Below are positions 10,201 to 18,830 of a stretch of 64,000 bases of DNA, in pieces. The position numbers were made by a program, and so were the translations under genes. Where the stretch lies: positions 20,390 through 84,389 of the forward strand of contig JBEBGD010000013.1 in NCBI GenBank assembly GCA_040081625.1, in the 5' to 3' direction. The notes under the pieces are model-generated. The model was not told where the DNA came from. It made no database searches and worked only from the letters and a program-made list of their open reading frames with translations. The DNA is from Chthoniobacteraceae bacterium (GTDB taxonomy: Bacteria > Verrucomicrobiota > Verrucomicrobiia > Chthoniobacterales > Chthoniobacteraceae). Position 1 is the stretch's first letter. Every line of letters starts with the position of its first letter.

Positions 10201-12318
10201 ATTGTGCGGGGAGCCAATCGTCACCGCGCGCCGGAAGCGGCCGCGATTCGCGTTGGCCGCGTTGCGAAAGGAGGGGACCGATCCTCCATTCACGGAGCTG
10301 AGCATCCGCAGGAGAACCCCGCCCTGGCTGTGGCCCACAGTATCGTATCGGAGGAAGGCCCATTTTGCGCGGAGCGGCGACCCTTGGGATTCGATCTGCG
10401 ATTCAAGTTGCTGGTCCAGCAGGCGCGCGCAGGTGGAAAGCGACCCGTAGGTGTTCTGCGTCGCGAACTGCACCCCTAAGATCGTCGTTACGCCATACTG
10501 GATCACCGTCACGAAACCAGGGGGCCGGTCCACCTCGAGCGCGCCAGTGAAATTCGCGCCCCATCCACCGGTCGTATTATACCCGTGGACCAGCACCACC
10601 GGCGGCCGGCAGATCTTAAAACTCTCGGTGGTTGGGACGCCGATCCCATCAGCGGGCTCCACGGTGAGTTCCACCGTCACCTCAGGACCGTCGTCCGGCG
10701 ACTGGATAAAGCTCGCGTCGAGTCCCTCCACATAGGCGAACGCCACCGGCGGATCGTCCTCCGGCGAAAAGGTGACGGTATCCTGACCGGCGGCGTAGGG
10801 CACCCACGCGGAACCATCGAAGAGACGCAGCTTCGCCTCGATCTCGCTGGGCAGGTGGTTTCCCGACACGCTTTCCACGCGGATGCGATAGGGCTTGGGT
10901 GCGGGCGGAGCTTCGGGCAGTCGGATCTGGAGCAGCAGCGGACTGACCCCATCGGCCACGAGGCCCTCGGTCACCTCGGCTTGTTCCAGCAGGCATTCGC
11001 GCTTCAGAACAGGCACCAGCGCCGTATCGATCCCCACTCCATCCTCCGAGTTGGAAAAATTATCCGGCGCCACTTGGTGAAAGGTCAGCTTCGGCGCCTG
11101 CTGCGACACCCGGTAGAAAATCTGGTTGAGCCCGTTGCGATTGTCCTGCCAGACGAAAGCGATGGAGGTCGCGCGGATGCCGATGGCGTGATTGAAAGCC
11201 GAGCCCGTGCTCTGGGAGATATTCGTCTGGGGATAGCCATTGGCCGAGCGCACATAAATATCTGCCGTGGCCTCGCGAAAATCGCCCCACCCAAAGAAAA
11301 TGTCGCCATACCCCGCGGCGATGTTCGGGCGCTGCGCGACAGCACCTGGCTTTGAAATAACGAAGTCGTCGAGCTCAGTCACGCCATCGTGGTTCGTCTC
11401 CTGCCAGATGACCGAGCCGCCCGTTGTGGACCAGGTGATTTCGACAAGCCCCAACTCCCCCCGTGCGATTTCGGGGCCGCCCAGATCGTAAACATCCCGC
11501 GTATTCGCGATCTCGCTCCAAAAGTCGTCGCCGATTCTGCCATAGCCGATGCTTGCGCCGGTCCACGCCGGGTCGGTGGCATACCATACGGCATGCGCCG
11601 TCCCACTCGAATCGAAGGACAGGTCGGGGTGTTGCGCGCGATAGGTCGGAGAGGACGCATTCCGCAAAAAATATAAGCTGACGCGAGAGTCCCGGTTCGG
11701 GTTCCCTGACCCATCCAGTTCGATGTAGGACAGCTCCTCATCGTAGCGAGTGACATTGATCGATCCGATCGGCACGACGTAGGAATTGCGCACCTCCGCC
11801 ACCACCGCGGGCAAGCCGGTGATGGGGTTGACATCGATGCTGGGAAAACTGTCGCTCTCCGACGCGAAGAAACCGATCGGAAACATCGTGAATGCCTTGA
11901 GGGCCACGCGCACTCCGTTGGAAACCTTCAAATAAATCAGGATCGAATTGACCCCGAGGCTGCTGGTGATGATGTGGGCATCGCCGGTCGCATCCACGGC
12001 CACGCGTGGAATGGCGGTCGTGGCGAAATCGTAAACTCGCGTCGCAGGGATGGACACGTTGTTTTCCGCATCCACTTGCGCGTAGTAGACGAAAAAGTCC
12101 GGCCCCCTCCAGACCACGTGAGAGCGCCCTGCCGAGTCTATGGCAATGTCCGGCAGCGAACCGCCATCCGGACTCAACAGCAACGGGTCGTCCATTGCCC
12201 CCGGCGGCGTTCCGATCGGAGTGCCGGGATCCACCGCCGAATCGAGATTCCCCAACGCAGAATCCATCGGCGACGCGAGGAGGGCGAGCGCGACGAGAAA
12301 TTTGAAAAGTCGGTTCAT
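7297..12318 (-). CDS. Large secreted multidomain protein: propeller-like repeats, alpha/beta hydrolase, Ig-like and cadherin-like domains, C-terminal NxxGxxAF-like repeats
   Basis: Start MNRLFKFLVALALL at 12318; VVLVHGY, GHSQGG, TIGSPHNG, SDGIV; NDARLSALSV...YSVTINR; DDDGHLAF/NAIDDVAF/SDDGGLTF repeats. Confidence 0.8.
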   Translation of the reverse strand: MNRLFKFLVALALLASPMDSALGNLDSAVDPGTPIGTPPGAMDDPLLLSPDGGSLPDIAIDSAGRSHVVWRGPDFFVYYAQVDAENNVSIPATRVYDFATTAIPRVAVDATGDAHIITSSLGVNSILIYLKVSNGVRVALKAFTMFPIGFFASESDSFPSIDVNPITGLPAVVAEVRNSYVVPIGSINVTRYDEELSYIELDGSGNPNRDSRVSLYFLRNASSPTYRAQHPDLSFDSSGTAHAVWYATDPAWTGASIGYGRIGDDFWSEIANTRDVYDLGGPEIARGELGLVEITWSTTGGSVIWQETNHDGVTELDDFVISKPGAVAQRPNIAAGYGDIFFGWGDFREATADIYVRSANGYPQTNISQSTGSAFNHAIGIRATSIAFVWQDNRNGLNQIFYRVSQQAPKLTFHQVAPDNFSNSEDGVGIDTALVPVLKRECLLEQAEVTEGLVADGVSPLLLQIRLPEAPPAPKPYRIRVESVSGNHLPSEIEAKLRLFDGSAWVPYAAGQDTVTFSPEDDPPVAFAYVEGLDASFIQSPDDGPEVTVELTVEPADGIGVPTTESFKICRPPVVLVHGYNTTGGWGANFTGALEVDRPPGFVTVIQYGVTTILGVQFATQNTYGSLSTCARLLDQQLESQIESQGSPLRAKWAFLRYDTVGHSQGGVLLRMLSSVNGGSVPSFRNAANANRGRFRRAVTIGSPHNGTRVVRYAQRLAQDANIYSAVPQFLVLSGLLQPKFDPWGDQISDLNAPGGRWTPDIAAKFLLVRTTVNDGQAPTSSRNNLSDRILGLNSTRGPVVFPQGSDGIVDLQAQGNPAGKVLTLPGTSNIAHAQPLSLFGASSDDVSSSEVAGLVSTVLKGAATSFGSFRVPPLLPTSERNAVEAAAALTLFVGNVIAREMFLPHQAQAAAPSASTYAFMLNPPADYPVEGMVVWNVDVFGQDGVTQDGVSLAVDSQDSRKVTVTVDAGVVGDVLLSAHYALADGGIAFATAVKVVSIAPPSATLTGIELDPVAATLPAGTSLVLHLWANYSDGSRLLVFPEATTVSFSSLTPATADVSPSGIVSLKAVGNATIEAGYAGQMAQAQFVVTPMETVPGGGSNDARLSALSVAGATLSPDFDAAVITYTTAVNHATASATVSVAAADAAASILQAPGNPVALNVGANQVQVKVTAEDGVATMTYSVTINRAPLAAPVHTTIFAKDNPAPDAGAPDGPPGDALLASFGVPAIDDDGHLAFTAKWNSATSGKGAGLFTDLAALALVGRDVPGITGATFKSFNDPVISAGNVACIATITGAVKGTVVIFGPATGPMTVLAQSGTTAPNADDAKFKSFSSVGVAGDAVGFLAQITGGSPKVTVATDTGLWLKDGAQPLDLALREGSDPLTVPIKTLVAFKTGNGSPGAGRGWVRQSNVSWMLALATYTDRTPIVLQAGNGVGKLNNDTNAAGEMFASFGLPTANAIDDVAFLAKLAIGPTVTKANASGIFMNSMGGDFATIARVGQPAGATGANFKLLKDPILSDDGGLTFPATITAKGTAATTLWWQPSGGAPMLIAQGGADAADLPGAKWKTFPSLAIATNRGPIFTATLVPNRTNVTAKSASGVWACDFNGAPRLLFRTGLPDEILLGKTLKSFTLLNATKGSMGVTRGYNAAQQVVWLATFTDKTTAIVVTEVP

Positions 12319-12449
12319 GGTGGAGTGTGGACCCGAGAGGCCGACGAACCGCGGGGCCGCGCCAGCCCGTCTGACGAATTGCAGCGCGAGAGAACAACCG
12401 CGTCGGCGTGCGGTCAAGCGGCGTCGCGGACGGTTTGTGTTTCGTATTT

Positions 12450-12472
12450 GTAGGGCAAGCGCATCGCTTGCC
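12450..12472 (+). repeat. REP copy 1 (GTAG + palindrome)
   Basis: GTAG-GGCAAGCG-CAT-CGCTTGCC. Confidence 0.85.
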
Positions 12473-12491
12473 GGAGCGGGCGGCGAATTCG

Positions 12492-12953
12492 TTAGAGGGG
12501 TCTTGGATTCGCGGGCGCGATCTCGGATTCGGCGAACCAATAAGGCCACGCATCGGGATCGGTGACGAGGCCGGCGCGAACGGGGTTTTGCCAAATGTAT
12601 TCCCACTTCTGCTGCGCGGATTCATCGGCGCGCAGCAGGCGGTCGAAGCTGCCGGGTTGCCACTCCCACCGCTCGCGAAACGGCTCACGGGTCCAGCGTT
12701 TCAGCGCACCCGAAAGATTGCCGACCGGCTGCTCGCGCTCGCGCAGCGGACGCGCGAGGACGTGGATGTGATCGGGCATGAGCACCGCGGCGGCGGCCTG
12801 CCAGTCACGCAGGCGCTCGATCGCCGCGCGAAAAGCTGTCCACACCTCGGGACACGCGAGCACAGGCCGGCGCGGCTGGACGCAGAAGGTGAGGAACCAT
12901 GTCACGCGGTGGTCGAGCGGCAGCAGGACCGGGATGCGCGGCGGGTGAGCCAT
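12492..12953 (-). CDS. REP-associated tyrosine transposase (RAYT, IS200-like Y1 HUH)
   Basis: WFLTFCV, MPDHIH (HUH), WQPGSFDRLLR, YIWQNPVRAGLV, WPY; start MAHPPR at 12953. Confidence 0.9.
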   Translation of the reverse strand: MAHPPRIPVLLPLDHRVTWFLTFCVQPRRPVLACPEVWTAFRAAIERLRDWQAAAAVLMPDHIHVLARPLREREQPVGNLSGALKRWTREPFRERWEWQPGSFDRLLRADESAQQKWEYIWQNPVRAGLVTDPDAWPYWFAESEIAPANPRPL

Positions 12954-13004
12954 GCCTCGCGGCGTAGTCGGATCGACGTGCGCGAGCACGCCGATTTTGT
13001 TTCT

Positions 13005-13069
13005 GTAGGGCAAGCGCTCCGCTTGCCAGGGCGGCGGCAGGAATGCGGCAAGCGGGGCGCTTGACCTAC
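13005..13069. repeat. Inverted REP doublet (REPIN/BIME-like)
   Basis: GTAGGGCAAGCGCTCCGCTTGCC (13005-13027, +) and GTAGGTCAAGCGCCCCGCTTGCC (13069-13047, -), 19-nt spacer. Confidence 0.85.
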
Positions 13070-15696
13070 AGGGATCTGGCAAGATCGAGCGCCTCATCCG
13101 GCGAGAGCTTGCGGCCTTCCGTCCAGCTCTCGTCGAAACTCGCAGGCGCAAGCGCCGCGCGCATCTGCGCGATGGCACCGTCATAGGCTGGCAGTTCGCC
13201 GGGGCCGGGCGTGAGGCCGAGTCGCTCGCGCATCACCGACGCGGCACCGTAGAGGCGCGCGGCACGGGCGGGATCGCTCTCGCCGACGGCGATGTTGCCG
13301 AATCCTTCGAGCACATACGGCACGGACCATTCGTTGCCGAGTTCCTCGCCGATCGCGGCGGCCTCCACGAGCAGCTCGCGCGCGGCGGCGAAGTCGCCCT
13401 GCGGGATCACGACTCGCGTGAGGCTCAGCGTCATCAATCCGATGACCCACTTGTCGCCGGTCTGCTGGTAAGTCGCGATGCTCTCCTCCTTGAGCGCGCG
13501 TGCCTTTGCGTGGTCGCCCTCGGTGTTGAAGATCGTGCCGAGGCCGCTGAGCGAGAGCGCGAGCAGCGGCCGGTCGCCGGTCTGTCGCGCAAATGCAGCG
13601 GTCGCCTCGAGGTGCTCGCGCGAGGCGGCGAGCCGGCCGTCGGACCATTCGAGGAAGCCGAGCAGCGCGCGGGTGTGCGCGGCTTCGCGTTCGAGGCCGA
13701 GTTCGCGGTAAAGAGCGATCGCCTGCGTGTAGAGTTCGCGCGCGGTTGCGTCGTCGTCCTGGCAGAAGACGATCCGCCCCGCGCTGGCGAGTGCCTTTGC
13801 GCGCACCTCGGGCCGCACGTCGGCGGCGTGCGAGAGCAGCGTGGTGAAGTGGTCGCGTCCCTCGGTGAGATAGTTGCGCACTTCCAGATAACGCTCGATC
13901 GCACTCGCGAGCCGCAGCCCCAACTCGGCGTGCGACGACTCGCTGCTCCACTCGAGCGCGAGCCGCAGGTTGCCGTGCTCGGCGGCGAGTTTTTCGATCC
14001 ACTCCGCCTGCTCCGGGCCGTGCAGCTTCGGCTCCGCCTCCTCGGCGACGCGCACGAAGTATTCGAGATGCCGCGTGCAGACCTGCTCGGTCTCGCCGGC
14101 CGCGGCGAGCTTGCCGCGCGCGTAATCCCACACCGACTCGAGCAGGAAATAGCGGGCGCTGCCGCTGTCGGTGTGCTCGGCGCTGACGAGCGATTTGTCG
14201 ATGAGCTGCTGGAGCAGATCGAGGATCTCCCAGCGCTCGACGCCGTCTCCGGAGCAGACTTCCTCGACCGCGCGCAACGTGCGGCCGCGCCCGAAGACCG
14301 CGAGCCGGCGCAGCAGCGCGCGCTCCTTTTCCGAGAGCAGATCGTAGCTCCAGTCGATGAGCGCGGTGAGTGTCTGCTGGCGCGGCAGCACGCTGCGCCC
14401 GCCGCCAGTGAGGAGGTGAAAGCGGTCGTCGAGGCGGCGGAGGATCTGATCCGGCGCGAGCATCTTCACGCGCGCGGCGGCGAGTTCGATCGCAAGCGGG
14501 ATGCCGTCGAGCCGGAAGCAAATCTTCGCGATCGTCGCCGCGTTTTCGTCGGTGAGCGCAAATGCCGGCTGCACCACCGCCGCGCGCTCGACGAAAAGAC
14601 GCACCGCCTCGAATTCGCCGGCCGTGCTCGCGAGGATCGGGTTCGCGCTCCGCGTTGAAAAAAGATCCGGCAGCGAAAGCGTCGGCACCGCGTAGGTCGT
14701 CTCGCCGGAGATCGCGAGTGCTTCGCGACTGGACGCGAGGATGCGCAGCCCCGGCCCGCCGCGGAGCAGGCGCCCGGCGAGTTGCGCGCACGCGGCGACG
14801 AGGTGCTCGCAGTTGTCGAGCAGCAGCAGCAGTTTCTTCGTGCGGAGGAAATCGATCAGCGATTCCTCGATCGCGCGCTCCGGGTCTTCGCGCACACCGA
14901 GCGCGGCTGCGGTGGTGACGGCGACGAGCGCGGGATCGGCGATCGTCGCCAGTTCGACCAGCCAGACGCCGTCGGCGAAGGTCGCGAGCAAGCCCGCGGC
15001 GACTTCGAGCGAGAGCCGCGTCTTGCCCGTGCCGCCGGGGCCGGTGAGCGTCACGAGACGCGAGCTTTCCACGAGCCGCTTCACGTCCGCCAGTTCGCGC
15101 TCGCGTCCCACGAACGTCGTGAGTTGGAGCGGGAGATTGTTCGGCAGCACTTCGAGCGAACGCAGTGGCGGAAACTCGTCCGGCAGCCCCGGCGCGATGA
15201 GCTGGAAGATGCGCTCCGGCCGCGAGAGATCGCGCAGCCGGCGCTCGCCGAGGTCGCGCAGCGTGATGCCTTGCGGCAGCGCGAGGTCCTCCCGCGCCGC
15301 GCGCGAAAGCAGCGTCTGCCCGCCGTGGCCCGCCGAGAGCAGGCGCGAAGTGCGGTTGAGCGTCGGGCCGAAGTAGTCGTCGTTGCGCTGCTCGGCCGGT
15401 CCGCGGTGGAGCGCCATGCGCACGCGCAAAGGCCGCGACGTTTCCCAATCCTCCGCCGCGAGTGCGCGCTGCGCCTGGATCGCACCGTGGAGGGCGGGCG
15501 CCGAGTCGTCGAACGCGACGAGCACGGAATCGCCCATCGTCTTAAACACATCACCGCCGAGCGTGGAAAAAATGTCGTGCAGCAGCGTGTCGTGCCGCGC
15601 GAGCGCCTGCGCCATCAGCTCCGGGCTCTCCTCCCAAAGGCGCGAACTGCCTTCGATATCGGTGAAGACGAAAGTGAAGTTCGGATGATCGCTCAT
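13066..15696 (-). CDS. Class III adenylate/guanylate cyclase + STAND ATPase + TPR protein
   Basis: FTDIEGS, FKTMGD, DYFGPTLNRTSRL; GPGGTGKT Walker A, LLLLDNCEH, LDGIPLAIELAAAR; helical repeats; start MSDHP at 15696. Confidence 0.9.
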   Translation of the reverse strand: MSDHPNFTFVFTDIEGSSRLWEESPELMAQALARHDTLLHDIFSTLGGDVFKTMGDSVLVAFDDSAPALHGAIQAQRALAAEDWETSRPLRVRMALHRGPAEQRNDDYFGPTLNRTSRLLSAGHGGQTLLSRAAREDLALPQGITLRDLGERRLRDLSRPERIFQLIAPGLPDEFPPLRSLEVLPNNLPLQLTTFVGRERELADVKRLVESSRLVTLTGPGGTGKTRLSLEVAAGLLATFADGVWLVELATIADPALVAVTTAAALGVREDPERAIEESLIDFLRTKKLLLLLDNCEHLVAACAQLAGRLLRGGPGLRILASSREALAISGETTYAVPTLSLPDLFSTRSANPILASTAGEFEAVRLFVERAAVVQPAFALTDENAATIAKICFRLDGIPLAIELAAARVKMLAPDQILRRLDDRFHLLTGGGRSVLPRQQTLTALIDWSYDLLSEKERALLRRLAVFGRGRTLRAVEEVCSGDGVERWEILDLLQQLIDKSLVSAEHTDSGSARYFLLESVWDYARGKLAAAGETEQVCTRHLEYFVRVAEEAEPKLHGPEQAEWIEKLAAEHGNLRLALEWSSESSHAELGLRLASAIERYLEVRNYLTEGRDHFTTLLSHAADVRPEVRAKALASAGRIVFCQDDDATARELYTQAIALYRELGLEREAAHTRALLGFLEWSDGRLAASREHLEATAAFARQTGDRPLLALSLSGLGTIFNTEGDHAKARALKEESIATYQQTGDKWVIGLMTLSLTRVVIPQGDFAAARELLVEAAAIGEELGNEWSVPYVLEGFGNIAVGESDPARAARLYGAASVMRERLGLTPGPGELPAYDGAIAQMRAALAPASFDESWTEGRKLSPDEALDLARSL

Positions 15697-15713
15697 CGGC
15701 GGGCGTGAGCGCC

Positions 15714-16787
15714 CTACAATCCCAGCAGCAACCGCGCAGGGTTCTCGATGCAGTCCTTCACGCGCACGAGGAAGGTGACGGCTTCCTTTCCATCGACCAC
15801 TCGGTGGTCGTAGCTGAGCGCGAGATACATCATCGGGCGGATGACGACCGCGCCCTTCTCCGCGATGGGGCGCTCCTGGATCTTGTGCATGCCGAGGATG
15901 CCGGACTGCGGGGGGTTGAGGATTGGCGTGCTGAGCAGCGAGCCGTAGATGCCGCCGTTGCTGATCGTGAAGACGCCTCCCTGCAAATCCTCGATCTTGA
16001 TTTTGCCTTCGCGCGCTTTGACCGCGTAGTCGGCGAGTGCACGCTCGATGTCGGGGAAGCTCAGCTTGTCCGCGTCGCGGACGACCGGCACGACGAGTCC
16101 GCGCTCGGTGCCGACGGCGACGCCGATGTCGTGGAAATGGTTTTGCACGAGATCGTCGCCATCCATGCGGCTGTTGATCGCGGGAACGGCTTGCAGTGCG
16201 CTCACCGCGGCTTTGATGAAGAAGCTCATGAAGCCGAGCTTGATGCCGTGCTCCTTGGTGAAGGCTTCCTGCATCTCGCCGCGCAGTCGCATGACGGCGC
16301 TCATGTCGGCTTCGTTGAAGGTGGTGAGGATCGCGGCGGTGTGCTGCGCCATGACGAGTTGCTGCGCGATCTTGCGGCGAAGCGGCGACATCTTTTTCCG
16401 CGTGCTGCGGCCTTCGCGCGGCGGCTCGGCGGCGATCACAGGGCGCGCGGGTTCCTCGGCGGGCGGCTCGGGCTCGCGCACCGGGGCGGCGGCGGGCTCT
16501 GCTTTCGGCGCGGCCTTCGCCGACTTTGCGGGAGCCTTCGCGGGCGCGGCCGCGCCTGCCTCGATCGTGCCGACGACTTCGCCGATCTTCACGTCGGCGC
16601 CGGCCTGCACCTTGATGCGCAGCACGCCGCCCGTGTCCGCGGTGATCTCGGAGGAAACCTTGTCGGTCTCGAGCGTGCAGAGCGCTTCGCCGGCGGCCAC
16701 GGTGTCGCCGTCGTTCTTGTGCCAGACGGAGAGCAGGCCGCTGGTGATGGATTCGCCGACGGATGGGATTTTGATTTCGACTGGCAT
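15714..16787 (-). CDS. sucB: Dihydrolipoyllysine succinyltransferase (E2 of 2-oxoglutarate dehydrogenase)
   Basis: Lipoyl domain ([14 protein letters not shown]), [27 protein letters not shown]. Confidence 0.93.
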   Translation of the reverse strand: MPVEIKIPSVGESITSGLLSVWHKNDGDTVAAGEALCTLETDKVSSEITADTGGVLRIKVQAGADVKIGEVVGTIEAGAAAPAKAPAKSAKAAPKAEPAAAPVREPEPPAEEPARPVIAAEPPREGRSTRKKMSPLRRKIAQQLVMAQHTAAILTTFNEADMSAVMRLRGEMQEAFTKEHGIKLGFMSFFIKAAVSALQAVPAINSRMDGDDLVQNHFHDIGVAVGTERGLVVPVVRDADKLSFPDIERALADYAVKAREGKIKIEDLQGGVFTISNGGIYGSLLSTPILNPPQSGILGMHKIQERPIAEKGAVVIRPMMYLALSYDHRVVDGKEAVTFLVRVKDCIENPARLLLGL

Positions 16788-16890
16788 GGCGCGGACGCGC
16801 ACCAGACAAGAGGACGCCGCCGATGGCAAGCCACGCGCGTCGTTTGCGGGCTTGAATGATCGGCTTCGGCTGCGAGTCTCGTTGTCCGTT

Positions 16891-18309
16891 TTGAATACCT
16901 TGTGGTGGATCGTCGCCGCCCTTGTCATCGTCATCGCCGTCCTCGCGGTCGTTTTCCGTCGCACTTACCGGCGGCAGCAGGAGCGCATCGGCGCGGGGGA
17001 TGAGCAACTCGCGCGCGTCGAGGCCGAGGAGCGGCGCGTATTCGATTTCCTGCATGTCATCGGCGAGGCGCTCTCGGCCGACATGCATGCCGATGACCTG
17101 CACCGGATGATCGTCGAGGGCGCGATCGGCACGAGCGAGGCGCACGGCGGCGCGATCTACCTGCTCGACCGGAAAGGCACCACGCTGCGGCGCGGCTTCG
17201 GGACGCCGGAGGGATCGATCGTTTTTCCGCTGCCGCCGGAGACGGCGCAGTCGAAGGATTTGCTGCAAACCTTCCTGCGCTGGCACGCGGTGAAGCAGGG
17301 GGACGACGTGATCGGCGCGGTGTGGCGCGACCGCGAGGCGCAGCTCGTGCCGGGCGACGATCCCCGGTTGCCGGCGGGGGCGTGCGGTTCGCTGATGATC
17401 GCGCCGCTGATTTTCAGCGAGCAGTTGCTCGGCGTGTTCTTCGTCACGCGGCGCGCGGGCACGGAGCCATTCCCCGGCGGGACGTTCACCGTGTTTTGCT
17501 CGCTCGCGGAGCAGGCGGCGTTCGCGCTGTATTCGTCGTCGGTTTTCCACGAGGCGGCGGAGAAGCGCCGGATCGACGAAGACCTCGCCGTCGCACACGA
17601 GATCCAGCGCATCCTGCTGCCGATGAGCGCGCCCGATGTCGAGGGCTACGAAATCGCGGGCATCAATGTGCCGGCGCGGCAGGTGAGCGGAGACTACTAC
17701 GATTACATCGCCGTGGACGAGAACCACTGCGGGGTCGCGATCGCGGATGTCTCCGGCAAGGGCGTGGCGGCGTCGCTGATCATGGCGATGTGCCGGAGCG
17801 TGCTGCGCGCGCAAGCGGGCGGGCAACTCTCGCCGGGCGCGGCGCTGCGGGCGGTCAACGCGCAACTCTATCCGGACATCCGCGAGGACATGTTCATCAG
17901 CATGGCCTACGCGATCCTCGACCGGCAGAGCGCGACGGTGACGCTGTGCCGCGCAGGCCACGATGCGCCGCTGCTCTACCGCGCGAGCGAGCAGACCGTC
18001 TCGCGCATCAACCCGCCCGGCATGGCGCTCGGCATCGACATCGGCGGCGTGTTCGATCGTGTCACCGGCGACTTCACGATCGAGCTCGAGCCGGGCGATT
18101 GCCTGCTGCTTTACACCGACGGGATCACCGAGGCTGTGGACGCACAGGGCGACGAGTTCGGGCTGCAACGGGTCATCGACACGATCATCGCCACCGCGAA
18201 CGAAGGTGCGGCGGAAATGATCGCGAGGTTGACCGATGACGTGCGCGCGTTCATCGGTCCCCACCCGCAACCCGACGACATCACGATCATCGCCATCCGA
18301 AAAAAATGA
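16891..18309 (+). CDS. Membrane-anchored GAF + PP2C/SpoIIE (RsbU-like) phosphatase
   Basis: N-terminal TM, GAF-like segment, [42 protein letters not shown] start uncertain (16882 or 16891). Confidence 0.88.
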   Translation: MNTLWWIVAALVIVIAVLAVVFRRTYRRQQERIGAGDEQLARVEAEERRVFDFLHVIGEALSADMHADDLHRMIVEGAIGTSEAHGGAIYLLDRKGTTLRRGFGTPEGSIVFPLPPETAQSKDLLQTFLRWHAVKQGDDVIGAVWRDREAQLVPGDDPRLPAGACGSLMIAPLIFSEQLLGVFFVTRRAGTEPFPGGTFTVFCSLAEQAAFALYSSSVFHEAAEKRRIDEDLAVAHEIQRILLPMSAPDVEGYEIAGINVPARQVSGDYYDYIAVDENHCGVAIADVSGKGVAASLIMAMCRSVLRAQAGGQLSPGAALRAVNAQLYPDIREDMFISMAYAILDRQSATVTLCRAGHDAPLLYRASEQTVSRINPPGMALGIDIGGVFDRVTGDFTIELEPGDCLLLYTDGITEAVDAQGDEFGLQRVIDTIIATANEGAAEMIARLTDDVRAFIGPHPQPDDITIIAIRKK

Positions 18310-18830
18310 GTTCCGATCCCACGCAAGCACCCGCCGACGAAGGCAACGACGACGAAACCAGCGAGCAAACGCTGCTCGACCAGCTCCGTGCCGACCTCGA
18401 CCGGTTCCGGGATCTCGCGATGCGCAGCACGGCGGACCTGGAGAACTATCGCAAGCGCGCGTCGCGCGAAAAGGAGGATGCGGTGAAATATGCAAACGCG
18501 GCCTTTCTCGAGCGGCTCGTGCCGATCCTCGACAACTTCGAGCTCGGCATGAACGCGGCGAAAAATGAAACCGGCGCGGCGGCGATCGTGGCCGGGCTGG
18601 AGATGGTCGCGCGGCAGCTTCAGGATTTCCTGACCGCGTGCGGCGTCGAGCCCGTCGATGCGGAGCCGGGCACGGTCTTCGACCCGAACCTGCACGAAGC
18701 GATCGGCCAGCAGGAGCATGCGGAGATCGCCGACGGCGCGATCGTCCAGCAGATGCGCAAGGGCTTCAAGCTGCGCGACCGGCTGCTGCGCCCGGCGACG
18801 GTGCTCGTGTCGAAGGGGAAGGCGGGCTGA
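18306..18830 (+). CDS. grpE: Nucleotide exchange factor GrpE
   Basis: [34 protein letters not shown]. Confidence 0.95.
   Translation: MSSDPTQAPADEGNDDETSEQTLLDQLRADLDRFRDLAMRSTADLENYRKRASREKEDAVKYANAAFLERLVPILDNFELGMNAAKNETGAAAIVAGLEMVARQLQDFLTACGVEPVDAEPGTVFDPNLHEAIGQQEHAEIADGAIVQQMRKGFKLRDRLLRPATVLVSKGKAG

Larger units (their letters stand above)
12450..13069. mobile_element. REPtron: RAYT gene bracketed by GTAG REPs
   Basis: RAYT ORF with one REP on one side and an inverted REP doublet on the other. Confidence 0.8.

Noticed and set aside
15697..15718. Fourth REP at the sucB stop (minus TGTAGGGCGCTCACGCCCG)
   Set aside because: Shares TGTAGGGC and a 5-bp stem but lacks the GGCAAGCG arms; could be chance in high-GC DNA
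15697..18495. 1809-aa ORF 13066..18495 as one giant protein
   Set aside because: The N-terminal ~930 aa is a GC-rich shadow frame over sucB and the phosphatase; recognisable protein starts at 15696
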